DNA of 64,000 nt from the human T2T-CHM13v2.0 reference genome, Homo sapiens. Each line of letters opens with the position of its first letter. The stretch's first letter is position 1. A program made the translations under genes and the position numbers. The notes under the pieces are model-generated. The model was not told the origin of the DNA. It searched no databases and worked only from the letters and a program-made list of their open reading frames with translations. Where the stretch lies: NCBI RefSeq assembly GCF_009914755.1, contig NC_060934.1; one strand, written 5' to 3'. This document shows positions 15,741 to 37,150 of the stretch, piece after piece.

Positions 15741-16324
15741 CCTACTTACTTGCCTCCATTCTTCTCTTGAATTTTCTAAGGAACTGGAGTCATAAGCCCT
15801 GGAAATAAAGAGATCAGTCTTGGCTAGAGCTTCCTTGACCTCTGTGTAGTTTTGTTTTGAAGACTAGTCAGAAATACAGAAATGATCACCTTGACCTTTA
15901 GCAAAAGTTATCAAAGAAGGAAGGAACCAAACTGTCTTGCTCTCACCCAGTTGATGGCTGCATTCTCTCCAGGCAGAAATGCAGCTTTCTCTAGCATTTG
16001 TGGGTTTCTCTCTATTGTTTTTCCTCCGTACCTATAAGAAGTGTAAGATGAAGTCAATGTGGATAAGTAACCCGTCTGTTCACATTTATTTTTAGAAATA
16101 ACTTTGAGGCAGTAAATGTGAGGCAATGACATACATACCTCCTTGTAATAGTTCATTAATCATGTTAACATTTACAAGCCATAATGTTTCTACTGTTTGA
16201 GAGGAAAAAGTCTGAAAACAATATTTATACTAATGAATTTTTTATGGGCCTTTCCATCCTAAGGAATGGCTGCTGAGCAAAGCAATGCAACTTGCTTAGA
16301 GCGTTGTAGGTTTCTTTTTTTAAT

Positions 16325-17035
16325 TGCCATTTTAATTTAAATTCAGGGGTACACGTGCACGTTTGTTATGTGGGCATATTGTGTGACACTGAGGTTTGGG
16401 CTTTTATTGCTCCTGTCACCCGGATAGCGAGCACAGTACCCCAAAGGAAGGTTTTCAGCCCTTGCCCCCCACCCCCCCTTGTGGAGTTCCCATATTTATC
16501 TCTGTGTGAACCCAAGATTTATCTCCCACTTTTAAGTGAGAACACGCAGTATTTAATTTCTGTTCCTGTGTTAATTCACTTAGGATTATGGCCTCTAGCT
16601 GCATCCATGTTGCTGCAAAGGACATGATTTTATTCATTTTTATGGCTGCATAGTATTCCATGGTGTATATGTACCACATTTTCTCTATTCAGTCCACCAT
16701 TGATGGGCATCTAAGTTGATTCCATGTCTTTGCTATTGTCAATAGTGGTGCAATGAACATACGTGTGCATGTTTCTTTTTGATAGAACAATTTATTTTCC
16801 TGAGATTGCTGGGTTGAATGATAGTTCTGTTTTTAGTTCTTTTAGAAATATCAAAACTGCTTTCCACAGGGGTAACTAATTTACATTCCCACCAACAGTG
16901 TATACACATTCCCTTTCCTCCAAAACCTCACCAACATCTGTCATTTTTTGACTTTTTAATAGTAGCCATTCTGACTGATGTGAGGTGATACCTCCTTGTG
17001 GTTTTAATTTACATCTTTCTGATGATTAGTGAGGT
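16325..17035 (-). mobile_element. L1 3' fragment (older L1PA/L1PB-like)
   Basis: Antisense L1 3' UTR and ORF2 C-terminus (MWYIYTMEYYAAIK...). Confidence 0.9.
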
Positions 17036-17509
17036 TTTCAATTCTTTACCTTACGGTCAATGCCCAGTTCTCATGGCCACCTCCCAGTTATTTATCAGCT
17101 GTGAGCATTTGCTTCCAAACAGCTTGATAAGGATTTTCAGTGGGTCATCTTGCAATTGCTCTATCACTTCTGTATTTTCTTACCTTTGCCATCTCTAAAG
17201 CCACACCAATATTATAATTAATACCATGAATGGAAATTTGATTTTCTACCTTTCAGTCTTCCAGGAAGGCAGAGCTAGAAGCAGTGGGTGAGATTTGGAA
17301 AGCCAGATTTCAATTAAACAGAGAGGCGCCCTTTCAAACCATCAGAGTTGCCTGTGGACAGAGCCACTTTGAAAGGTGATGAGCACACAGTTAGTAGAGC
17401 TCTGCAAATGAGAGGCTGCATCATATTTTCAGGGATAGCAGAAGGAAGGTGCCAACATTAGGAGGGAAGTAGGAAAAAAACATGCCTCTGGTCCCTCCAG
17501 ACCCTCAGT

Positions 17510-17772
17510 ATTTTATTTTATTTTATTTACTTGTTAATTAAATTTCCACCCAGGCAGAGTGCAGTGGTACCATGCTGGCTCACTGCAGCCTTGAACTCCT
17601 GGGCTCAAGCAATCCTCTAGCCTCAGTGCCCTGAGTAGCTGAGACTACAGGCCCGCACCACCATACCCAACTAATTTACTAATTTATTATTTTTTTGTAG
17701 ATATGGGGACTCACTATGTTGCTCAGACTGGTCTTGAACTCCTCGCCTCAAGCAGTCCTCCTGCCTTAGCCT
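17510..17772 (-). mobile_element. AluJ-type SINE, truncated
   Basis: Diverged reverse-complement Alu. Confidence 0.85.
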
Positions 17773-18992
17773 AATTTCCCCATATCAGTAGCACTGAGGA
17801 GAGCGGTTTTCACTGTAGATTCTGACTGCTCCCATCACCAGAAGCACACAATGCAAGGGAATGAGGCTGTTTTCCACATTTGGCATTTGCTCCTAGAGAT
17901 TTTTTTCAGCTTAGTTTCAGGTCCTGGGATGTGGGTCAACAAGATGTTGCTACACTTTGAGGATGGACGTGCGCATGCCTGGTTTCCGCACACACTTCAA
18001 TTTAGGCTCTCAGATGAACTGAGGCATCCTCAGTTTGGTTAAGTAGGTGGTTAGGCAGGTTAAAATGAGCAGATTACCAGGTGCGGACTCTGCAGCTCTA
18101 TGGAGAAACATCATAGAGTTAGAGTCCAGGTTCAGTCTCTGGCGTGGCAGGCGAAGGGGACTTTGGGTGGGGAGAAAGGCAGACGGGCTCTCTTTTTAGG
18201 CGGGGCTGGGAAAAAGATGTCAGTGCTTTCAGGAATGTAGCTAAACTCATGCTTCCAGGCTCTGAGCAAGTAAAATCTAAACCAACATGAAAGCACCCTC
18301 TCAGCCCTTCCAGCATCCTTGGGCAGCTGCGCCGAGGAAGCTGGGACCGCATGGACTCAACACGTTCCAGATCCTGCGGCTGAACACTCAGGCTGAGCTC
18401 TCGAATTGGCAGCGCAGAAACACATCATGTCAGTTACAGCCTAGCTGCCCGAGGAAGCATCTTTCTAAGCAGGCTCATGTACAATGAGCATAAGAACTTT
18501 CTAGCAAGCCATTCCCGGTGACTGGTGCTGCTTGAGGTCTTCAGTGCTTGCTTTCTTCATGTAGAGGTGCAGAGGACGGAGAATGTCAGCTCTCATGCGG
18601 GCGGCAGGGGCCACGCTGATAGCCACACGGCCTCCACCTTTCCCTTTTCTTGTGCACATTTTCCCTTCCCTGACCTAAGACCCTTTACTCAACACCCCAG
18701 AGAATGTTTTCTATAACTAAATCCAAGGCCAAAGACTGGCAGACTCTAATGGGTACTTTTATGACTGCCATGCCACCATGACTGAGAACTTGCCTCCTTG
18801 GTCAAAGGCATTTTCTGATCTACTGGCAGGTAATATAGTTTATCTGCCTATTGATACAAGTCACCCAAGAAAATTGCCACTCATTGCCTGAAGTATTATT
18901 CCTAATTAGTACTAAAGTACTGAAAGAGGAGACTTTGTTATTTTCTGTTTCCAAAAAAAGGCCTCATGAAAGATCCACAAATATAATACACT

Positions 18993-19137
18993 GTTTTTAT
19001 TTTATTTATTTATTTTATTTTATTTATTTTATTTTATCTTATTTTATCTTATTTTATTTTATATTTTATTTTATTTTATTTTATTTTTTTATTTTATTAT
19101 TTTATTTTATTTTATATTTTATTTTATTTTATTTATT

Positions 19138-19168
<31 letters not shown>

Positions 19169-19233
19169 TTTTATTTATTTTATTTTATTTTGTTTTATTT
19201 TATTTTATTTTATTTTATTTTATATTTTATTTT
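18993..19233. repeat. Expanded (TTTTA)n/(TTTA)n Alu-tail microsatellite
   Basis: ~240 bp of mixed tttta/ttta units directly abutting the Alu body. Confidence 0.95.
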
Positions 19234-19523
19234 GAGACAGAGTCTGCTCTGTCGCCCAGGCTGGAGTCCAGTGGCGCGATCTCGGCTCACCACAACCTCC
19301 GCCTCCCAGGTTCAAGTGATTCTCCCGCCTCAGCCTCCTGAGTAGCTGGGATTACAGGCGTGCGCTACCATGCCTGGATAATTTTTTTATTTTTAGTACA
19401 GACAGGGTTTCACCATGTTGGTCAGGCTGGTCTCGAAACTCCTGACCTCATTATCCACCTGCCTCGGCCTCCCAAAGTGCTGGGATTACATGCGTGAGCC
19501 ACTGTGCGCCACTGTGCGCGGCC
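19233..19523 (-). mobile_element. AluS-type SINE
   Basis: Reverse-complement Alu with a 10-bp duplication (cactgtgcgc x2) near its 5' end; ctgtttttattt on both flanks. Confidence 0.95.
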
Positions 19524-19619
19524 TGTTTTTATTTTAAACATGAAAAATATGAAACACTTGGCTTTTGTTCCGATCACAAAGGCAATATATCTTTTATGAA
19601 ATTTACGTATATTTCTATA

Positions 19620-20521
<902 letters not shown>

Positions 20522-20958
20522 TAATAGCTCATGTTTTTTTTTTGTTGATAGTACACTTTATTACTAATAGCTCATTTCATTTTCTGTGCCATTAAATATT
20601 TTTCTATAACAATATTTTTAATGGTTTTATTATATTTCATTCCATATATGTTACATAATCCAATTAATTAATTGATTTCCTGTTGTCCCCTATTTATGCT
20701 GTTTCCAAGTTATCTTTTTTAGCAATACCACACCGATGTATACTTCTCCCAGAAATGTAAGATAGTATCTATTTCCCCAAAGATCAACTACAAAGGGTAT
20801 AATCATTTTTTTAAAACTTAAATCAATTTAGTAGGCATCTCATTGCTGCATCCTTTCGGTAACGTTTGTAGGGCTCACCAGATTTTCAAATATTTATTGG
20901 CCATTTGTATATTTTTTGTAAATTTTACCTTTTGCTCTTCTCCTGAAGCATTTTTTTT

Positions 20959-21453
20959 AAATTAATTTATTATTATTATACTTTAAGTTTTAGGGTACAT
21001 GTTTACAATGTGCAGGTTAGTTACATATGTATACATGTGCCATGCTGGTGCGCTGCACCCACTAATTCATCATCTAGCATTAGGTATATCTCCCAATGCT
21101 ATCCCTCCCCCCTCCCCCCACCCCACAACAGGCCTCAGAGTGTGATGTTCCCCTTCCTGTGTCCATGTGTTCTCATTGTTCAATTCCCACCTATGAGTGA
21201 GAATATGCGGTGTTTGGTTTTTTGTTCTTGCGATAGTTTACTGAGAATGATGATTTCCAGTTTCATCCATGTCCCTACAAAGGACATGAACTCATCATTT
21301 TTTATGGCTGCATAGTATTCCGTGGTGTATATGTGCCACATTTTCTTAATCCAGTCTATCATTGTTGGACATTTGGGTTGGTTCCACGTCTTTGCTATTG
21401 TGAATAATGCCGCAATAAACATACGTGTGCGTGTGTCTTTATAGCAGCATGTG
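20959..21453 (-). mobile_element. Young 5'-truncated L1 (L1PA2/L1PA3-like, non-Ta)
   Basis: Near-consensus L1PA 3' UTR; 17-bp TSD cctgaagcatttttttt (20942-20958, 21454-21470); lacks the Ta-diagnostic ACA and G. Confidence 0.93.
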
Positions 21454-21566
21454 CCTGAAGCATTTTTTTTCCAATTACTTATAAGAGGTCTTAAGACTAT
21501 ATTATCGATGTGATATGTTGCAAATAAATTTAACATGTTGTCATCTGCCTTTAAATTGTATTTATA

Positions 21567-21612
21567 CTACACTCCAGCCTGGGTGACAGAGTGAGACCCT
21601 GTCTCTAAAAAA
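21567..21612 (+). mobile_element. Severely 5'-truncated Alu (~45 bp)
   Basis: ctacactccagcctgggtgacagagtgagaccctgtctc plus A-rich tail; tgtattta on both flanks. Confidence 0.75.
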
Positions 21613-21654
21613 CCAAAATGTATTTAAAGTTATTTTTTCTTTTTTGACATATAG

Positions 21655-21970
<316 letters not shown>

Positions 21971-22185
21971 AATTTTAATGTTATCAACATTGCTGAAGCC
22001 CGAAAAAAGTAAAAAAATGTGTAAGCTGCTATCTCTGTCTTTAAGGAACCTACAATCCAATTGTGGAAATAAGAGATAAACGCATGTAGAATAAACAATG
22101 CAATATCTTAAAGCAGCAGCTTTTCACAAAGAAAGGGAGTAGCCACCAGGAGATAGGCTTGCCCGGAGTACTAAAAAGCCCCTTT

Positions 22186-22366
22186 GGCTGGGCACCATGG
22201 CTCATGGTGTGCATCTGTAGTCCCAGCTACTTGGGAGGCTGAGGTGGGAGGATTGCTTGGGCCTGGGAGATTGAAGCTTCAGTGAGCTGAGATCGCGCCA
22301 CTGCACTCCAGCCAGGGCAAAAGTGCAAGACCCTGTCTCAAAAATAAATACATAAATAAACAAAAA
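22186..22366 (+). mobile_element. Alu right-monomer-like (FRAM or deleted AluJ)
   Basis: Single arm with TSD aaaagcccctt. Confidence 0.85.
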
Positions 22367-22842
22367 TGAAAAGCCCCTTAGATGCTATTGATCATCACTC
22401 TTCCCCTCCCTTAGTTGGTAACCAGAGGTCTCAATGTAACTGGACAGGAATAAAGAGTGTCTCCAAGTGGTGTGTAATTAATATGTGATACTTGGGCCTC
22501 CCCTTCTGACACCTGGAGACATTTTCTCTTTTCTGGTCAACAGACTGCATACCTGTGCCAGTACCTTTGATAATATCAGTGATCTAAACTGTTTATTTAT
22601 GGTTTGTGAAAAGTTAGAAAAGTATCTTGAAAAGAATTTTGGAGGAAAGAGAGTGAACATTAACTCTAATGATTTTCTTTTTTGTATCCTTGAAATTATA
22701 TTGTGTTGTGTTTAAGCACTGAGGGTTTTGCTGGTCTTTGTGTCTCTCTTAGTATCTTGTAGAGTACCCAGCACATTTGTCAGAATTTGTGATGCGGTTT
22801 AAAGACTCAAAGCCAATGAGACCTGGTTATCTGTGGGGTGCT

Positions 22843-23544
<702 letters not shown>

Positions 23545-23767
23545 AGCGCGTACGGTGCGAGGATTCAAGGGGCGAGGAATGCGGTTAAATAACCTGGCTG
23601 CAGGAATCAGGAACAGAAATTTGAGCGGGCAGTTGCCCAAGGTAATGCAGGCCTGGGTGGTGGGGGATGGATGGAGGCCTCCCCGTGATACATTCCTCTG
23701 GATCGTTCTGCAGAGCAGCAGGAGGCCTCTAGAGAGCAGAAGCTTTTTCACGTTAGATGGACTTCAG

Positions 23768-23965
23768 CCAGTGGGGTGCTGGTAAATGTTTAACAACTGG
23801 GTCTCTGGGGAAGCATAGTCCTGGTTTGAAGCATTTGCTGATTTCCGTGGTATAAATACTCCCAGTGTGGAGTATTGCAAGTCCCCACTGTGAAGGAAGT
23901 CACTGAATGTGCAAGTGGAAAGAGATGCGTGCCATGGGCTCTAGTGAGTTGGTGTGAGCTGACCG
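23768..23965. mobile_element. MER63A-like DNA transposon relic
   Basis: ccagtggggtgctggtaaatgtttaacaactgg...gcatttgctgatttccgtggtataaatactccca matches recalled consensus. Confidence 0.7.
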
Positions 23966-24524
23966 CATCTTGTTTCTGTGCAATCTATTCATTTATTCTT
24001 TCATTCATGGCAGGACCACAAGTAGTTCTTGAGGCAGGAGCCAGTGGGGGCGGAATTTAGCATCCCATGGGAGGCCAGGAGCACAAAGCAGACAGTGTGT
24101 CCAAGCACCAGCCCCACACGCTGGAATCGGGGCTTGGCTTAGAGGCAGGAAGACATGGTGCTAAGTTGAAAAGCTGGGGCAAGTTTCAGTCATGACAGTG
24201 GGGGAGGAAGACTGATTGAGGGGCTGCAGTGGGGCCCAGCACTCTTCCCTGGCCAGTTTCAAAACTGATGTCATGATCTAGCAATTGATGTCCTTGAAGC
24301 TCTGGATGTCTGTTCTCCCCTGCTCAGACCTGGCTCAGATACAAACAAGGGTTATGAGGGAGAGAACAGCAGGGAGCCCGAAACCAGGGGCCAGGCAAGA
24401 TAAGGACTTCAGTAAACACCCAGCACATGAATCTGATGTCTTCATTTACCCACAAATGAGGGAATGGAGTATTCCTATTATTACAATATTTCACCCTTAT
24501 GAGGAGTTAGATTATCACCTAATT

Positions 24525-25445
<921 letters not shown>

Positions 25446-25487
25446 AATAATCTGTTTTAACCAGGTCCCTAGATGGTTCTCATGTAC

Positions 25488-25671
25488 TGTAATGATCTGC
25501 TCAGGGTGTCATAACAAAATACCATAGACCGGGTGGCTCAGACAGCAGACATTTATCTTCTCACACTTCTGTAGGCTGGAACTTCAAGATAAGGGTGCTA
25601 GCATGGTCAGGGGCTGGGGAGGGCCCTCTCCCTGGCTTGGAGAAGTTCACCTTCTGACTGTGCCCTCACAT

Positions 25672-25714
<43 letters not shown>

Positions 25715-25885
25715 CTCTCTCTTTTCCTCTTCTTATAAGGCCATAGTCTTATTGGATTAGGTCCCCACTCTTCTGACTTCATTTGACCTTAATTAGTTCC
25801 TAAAGACCTTGTCTCCAGATGTCCCCTTGGAGAATAGGGCTTACACATATTAATTTGGGAGTGGGAAACAATTCAGTCCTTAGCT
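25488..25885 (-). mobile_element. MLT1-type MaLR LTR containing (GA)n (25675-25710)
   Basis: cataacaaaataccatagaccgggtggc...ttctcacacttctgtaggctgga. Confidence 0.8.
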
Positions 25886-25919
25886 TGTACATTGCTTTTG
25901 AGCAGCACTGATCTAATAT

Positions 25920-26110
25920 TACTAATTCTCAAACTTCAGCGTGCATAAAAATCACCTGGAGGAATTGATGAAACCCAGAGTCTTGGGCCTTCGTGGATTC
26001 TTATTCGGTTGCTCTGAATCTGATTCAATAGTTTCACCCAAGGGTTTTCATTTCTAAGAAGCTTCTCGATGCTGATACTGCCAGTCCATGGGCCATACTT
26101 TGAGTAGCAC
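25920..26110. mobile_element. MER5-like hAT-Charlie relic
   Basis: ttctcaaacttcagcgtgcataaaaatcacctggagg...ccatactttgagtagca. Confidence 0.7.
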
Positions 26111-26259
26111 CAAATTAGACAATAAATTTGGGTAACCAATTTTCAAAAAAGTAAAATATCATAAGATAATCTAAAGTTAATCTTTTAAAAAATTCAGCTG
26201 TTCTGAAGATGTTTCATATTTATAAAATTTTTAAGCATCATTTATTTTTAAATTATATG

Positions 26260-27206
<947 letters not shown>

Positions 27207-27909
27207 ATATGTATTTAAATTTTTAATTTTAACTGATTTGTTGTTATTCTGGCTAAGTGGAGTTTTACTTAGGTACTTTCATTTGATCACCTGAAAGTGC
27301 TTTGCAAGCATTTTGTTAACCCTCAGATCTACTCCAGGGAGGATAGTAAATAAAAAATTAAATGTGGAGAATCGACAGTGTTTTGGGTCACAGGTTTCTA
27401 AAACTGGTAATCAAACCAAATAAAGGTGCTTATATGTCAGTCGTGGTTTCTCCTGGTAATCGGCAGCAGCTAACTTAGTTCAGTTCTTCAAACACTGCAA
27501 GTTGTGAAGTTTAGCAACAATGATTTACAAAAGCTGCATTGTTTTTATTATACCACCATTTTACCTAATTATTTCTGGTATAAACCCCAGTGGAAACAAT
27601 GCATGTTTTGTTATAAAATTCCAGCCAGAAACTTTGGACCTCAGACAAGAAGGAAATTTTGGCAACGCTTCCAGGGTAAAACTCTGGTATGCAAATTCCT
27701 ACATACATAAAATGAAGAATTAATGTAAAATGTCGTGCCAAGAGCACACTACTTAATATTTGCGCATTTCCTATTAAAACTAACTTGCTTGGAGGATAAC
27801 TGTTGTTTCTTTTTTCCCTATGATTAAAAAAATGTTATTTCAATCATTGTCAGATACAACTCATTTTGAAGTGTATCATTTCAAAATTCACCTAAAGAAA
27901 TGTTTAAGA

Positions 27910-28228
27910 GGCCAGGTTCAGTGACTCACGTAATACCAGTACTTTGAGATGCTTGAGGCAGGCAGAGAGTTTGAGCCCAAGAATTCAAGACCAGCCTGGG
28001 CAGCAAGGTGAAACCCTGTCTCTACAAAAAATACAAAAATTAGCCCGACGTGGTGGCATGCTTGCAGTCCCAGCTACCTGTGAGACTGAGGCAGGAGGAT
28101 TGCTTGAGCCCGGGAAGTTGAGGCTAGAGTGAGCCATGATCGTGCCACTGCTCTCCAGCCTGGGTGACTGATTGAGACCCTGCCTCAAAAATAAAATAAA
28201 ATAAAAATAAATAAATAAATAAATAAAA
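27910..28228 (+). mobile_element. AluJ-type SINE
   Basis: Alu dimer with (AAAAT/AAAT)n tail. Confidence 0.9.
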
Positions 28229-28439
28229 GAACTGTTTAGGAGCAAGGACAATGTATTTGCAGTTGGAAAAGACTGTTCCTTTAAACAAAAGTTCAATGCT
28301 ATTAAATTTGTTAATAGAATGCTATTAACAAATTTATCTTGATGAACACTCTGTCCCCAAAATGCAACTTATAGTTTTGAAGATAATTGGGAAAGGAGTT
28401 AGTGCTGTAAGCTTCACAGAGAGGTTTTTCTTCCGTGAC

Positions 28440-31160
<2,721 letters not shown>

Positions 31161-33014
31161 TTTGTTTATATTTTAAAATTTAGAAATTTAGATTATATGA
31201 ACATTACAGGAGTTTTTTTCTCTTTCTTTTTCTTTTTAATATGATGACAATCATGTTTTTCAAGTTTTTTTCTCAAGTTTACAAAAGTACTTTTGTCATC
31301 TATTCCCACCCAAAGGATGTTGTATTGTTGTTTTGCTATTCTTGGATTTGTTATGGAATGTGCTGCTTACACAGAGGAAATGTTGGCTATCAATCTTAAG
31401 CTAACTCACTAAGAATGAAAATAAGTCTCAGGTCATAGTTTGGCTAGTGAAGGACCCATTTCTTTATGGCTTTGGGTATAACACAGAAAAGATGTTGGGA
31501 AATAAAGGGAAAGGGATTGTGGGTTCAGTGACCATTCTTCTGTCTCTGCTCAGCCCCCTGCCTCCCAGGCCTACAGAGAGCTGGCATTACAGTCTAAACT
31601 CCAGAGTCAGAGATATCTTTCCTCCTGACCCTAATTTCCTTGGGGCCACTTGGCACTGCAGAGCTCAAGCAAAGTGCGTGTTCATCTCTGACTCCTGCCT
31701 GAACACTCCAAAGTCTTTTTCCTCCAGGTCAGGGATTTTGTTTTGTTTTGTTTGTTTTGTTTTGTTTTTGCCCAGCCTGTTCAATGAGAGCTGCAGGACA
31801 AGAAGCCCCGCAGTGTTGCTTTCCTTTTTTTCCATCTTAGACTTTCCAGGCCTGCAAGTGTTTAAGTATACCTCTACTGCTTGTCTGCTAAGCCTCGCAC
31901 GTCACATAACTCTCCTGGGTGTTTGATTTTTGCTTTAAAAAGATGAGCCTCCATCTGAGTTCCTACCAACCACAAAGTGAAATGAAAATCTGGCAAAGTT
32001 CAATCCTATAGATGTGAAGTGGTGGGGGGTTTGTTTGCTTCTTCAGTTTGTTTGCTTTAATTATGCAGGTGGGCTTTCTACATTAATCAAACTTCTTTGG
32101 TACCTCCCAGTCCCAGACCCCTTTTTTAGCTCTGGTTTGTGTTAACATAGAACTCACTATATGTATGTCCTTGGGGTCTCATTTTGTTCTCCAATTTTAT
32201 TATCTTCTGTTTAAGCAGTGAAACTCCAAGTGGAGCTACTACCCAGGATCACAATATGAGAAGAACAGTTCATAGCTGCAAAGCATTATGGAAACAAAAA
32301 GTCCCCTTTAACTGCATAATGTCCCCGATTTACTCCTGGTAATTTTAGTGGCTTTCTTCTGAGAAGCTCAAAGCATTTCACAGTCTTTATTTGGCCACTG
32401 GCAGATTTCATAACGTGCGACATGTACCAGGATTGACAGTCATTCCCATGTGCAGTTCTGCATTTTATTGATAGGATGCTTTACATAATTTTGAATGAAA
32501 ACAGCCTACAGACCTTTGGTATATTTGATATATGAAAACAGCCTACAGACCTACAGCCTTATGTACTTCAGCCTACAGACCTTTGGAATATTTTTGGCTT
32601 CGAGAGGAGCACTTATATTTGTTGCCTTGGTAATGAATATTTCCTCAATTGCTCAAAGTGATCGATATTTTTAAAAAACATTAACAAAGACCCCATGTCT
32701 CTGGAACTGATTAGAAATGTAAAGGGAGTTGTTAGTCCTCCTCAGCCAAAAGGAGATGGATAAAAATCTCCTTGGAGTTAGATGAAAGATCTGGGCAACT
32801 GTTCACTGTGGCTAAGCCTTAGTACATCTGTGTCTTGAGGTTCAGCAAAGTGATATCTCTACTAAGATGGATAACTTCAGATATTATTTGGTGTGGACTG
32901 TATCCTACAAGAGGCTTACAGAACCTAAGATTGAGTTTTGCAGGACTAGAAGGAAAATACCTCTGAATTGTCTTCAATTATAAATTGCTTCCTTAGAGGG
33001 GGGTTAAGATTAAA

Positions 33015-35243
<2,229 letters not shown>

Positions 35244-35248
35244 TGATA

Positions 35249-35475
35249 CATGTTGAGTATCCCTAATTTGAAAATCTGAAATGCTCCAAAATCCAAAACT
35301 TTTTGAGCATCAACATGATGCTCAAAGGAAATGGTCATCGGAGCATTTTGGACTTTGGATTTTCACATGAGGGATGCTTAACTGGTAAGTACAGTGCAAA
35401 TATTCTAATATCCCCAAAAGCCAAAACCCAAACACTTCTGGTCACAAGAATCTCAGATAGGTAATCCTGAACCTG
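35249..35475. mobile_element. Tigger4a/Zombi (MER46)-like MITE
   Basis: TA-flanked degenerate TIRs catgttgagtatccct...atcctgaacctg; internal palindrome tgagcatcaacatgatgctca. Confidence 0.8.
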
Positions 35476-36138
35476 TATAACAACAACAACAACAAATGAA
35501 TAAATAAAGGACTAAAAATACCCCTAACTTTAAAAGAAAGAACATTCTTATAGCTCAAGGCAATGTAATGGCAGCACAGATTGCTCGTTCACTGTGGCCA
35601 AGCTGACCATAGAAAGTGGCGTCAATCCACCTACCAGACGTACTGGCACCAACTTTGCATGGCTAGCACCTAGAGCTTTAAGCAAAATGATGTTAGTTTT
35701 TGACTGGTGTCACACCTCTCGGACAGTAAAGAAAAGGATGACTCTCCCAGATAAATGGTCATTCACGAAGCTGTTTTATTTATTGATGCTGCTTTTATCA
35801 ATAGCAAATAGCATGCATTTATAAGAGGTGCCCACAAACAAGATTCTTATGGGCACATTTCTGTCTTTCTGTCAGGTTTTTCATTTCTGGAAAAACAGCA
35901 GCTAATGACTATTTCTAGTGTTGAAAAGTGGGGCAAGTTGGTGTAGCCACAACTCAAGTTTGTGCCCAGGGACAAAGGTAGGGTAGCTGAAAAGTGTGTG
36001 AAGATAAAATTCAAGAGAAACAGGCATCTAGGAAAGGTGGATAATAGCAAGTGTAAAAAGAAAAGAAATAATAGCTGTAATCACAGGTGGAATTAGAAAT
36101 GCACATTTGTCTTTTGAGAAAATTAGAAATGCTCATGG

Positions 36139-36281
36139 CGGCGGGGCACGGTGGCTCACGCCTGTAATCACCAGCACTTTGGGAGGCTGAGGCCGGCGGA
36201 TCACGAGGTCAGGAGATCAAGACCATCCTGGCTAACACGGTGAAACCCCATCTCTACTAAAAAAAAATTATATATTTATAA

Positions 36282-36352
<71 letters not shown>

Positions 36353-36503
36353 GCTGGACGTGGTGGCAGGCGCCTGTAATCCCAGCTACTCAGGAGCCTG
36401 AGGCAGGAGAATGGCCTGAACCAGAAGGTAGAGCTTGCAGTGAGTCAAGATCGCACCACTGCACTTGGCAGAGCGACAGAGCGAGACTCCCTCTCAAAAA
36501 AAA
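36139..36503 (+). mobile_element. AluY-type SINE with (TA)n(TG)n(TA)n in the middle linker
   Basis: gatcacgaggtcaggagatc, gagcttgcagtgag; TSD agaaatgct(c/t)at. Confidence 0.92.
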
Positions 36504-36848
36504 GAAATGCTTATAGCATGTTTCATTCCCTTTCTTGCATATGTTAACCCCATTTAGATTCTACCCATATCTCTGCACAAATGGCCTCTTCCTAGATGGT
36601 CTGGCCAGCTGACCCTGATCACTGCGATCCAGAGAATACAGAATCAGGACCACGAATCTGACTCTATGGTGGACCACATTTGGTACATAGTGATAGTTAT
36701 GTTTTTTGTGTTCACGTCTTATTTCCTTATCAATATTGTATGCTTCCTAAGAGCAGAGTCAGTCTTTCAGTTCTTGTTAGTTTGATATTTTGCACCAAGC
36801 AGTGCTAGTAAATATTTCAAATGGATGATGGTTGAAATAAAAAAGAAT

Positions 36849-37150
36849 GGGCCAGGTGTGGTGGCTCACGCCTGTAATCTCAGCACTTGGGGAGGCCGAG
36901 GCGGGAGGATCATGAGGTCAGGAGATCGAGACCATCCTGGCTAACACGGTGAAACCCCATCTCTACTAAAAATACAAAAAAAAAAAAAAAATTAGCCAGG
37001 CGTGGTGGTGGGCGCCTGTAGCCCCAGCTACTCAGGACACTGAGGCAGGAGAATGGCGTGAACCCAGGAGGCAGAGCTTGCAGTGAGCCAAGATCGCGCC
37101 CAGCCTGGGCGACAGAGCAAGACTCAGTCTCAAGAAAAAAAAAAAGAAAA
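36849..37150 (+). mobile_element. AluY-type SINE
   Basis: gagatcgagaccatcctggctaacacgg; gaatggcgtgaaccc. Confidence 0.92.

Noticed and set aside
18851-19345. 164-aa F/Y/I/L-rich ORF resembling a membrane protein
   Set aside because: Translation of the TTTTA/TTTA tract plus an Alu
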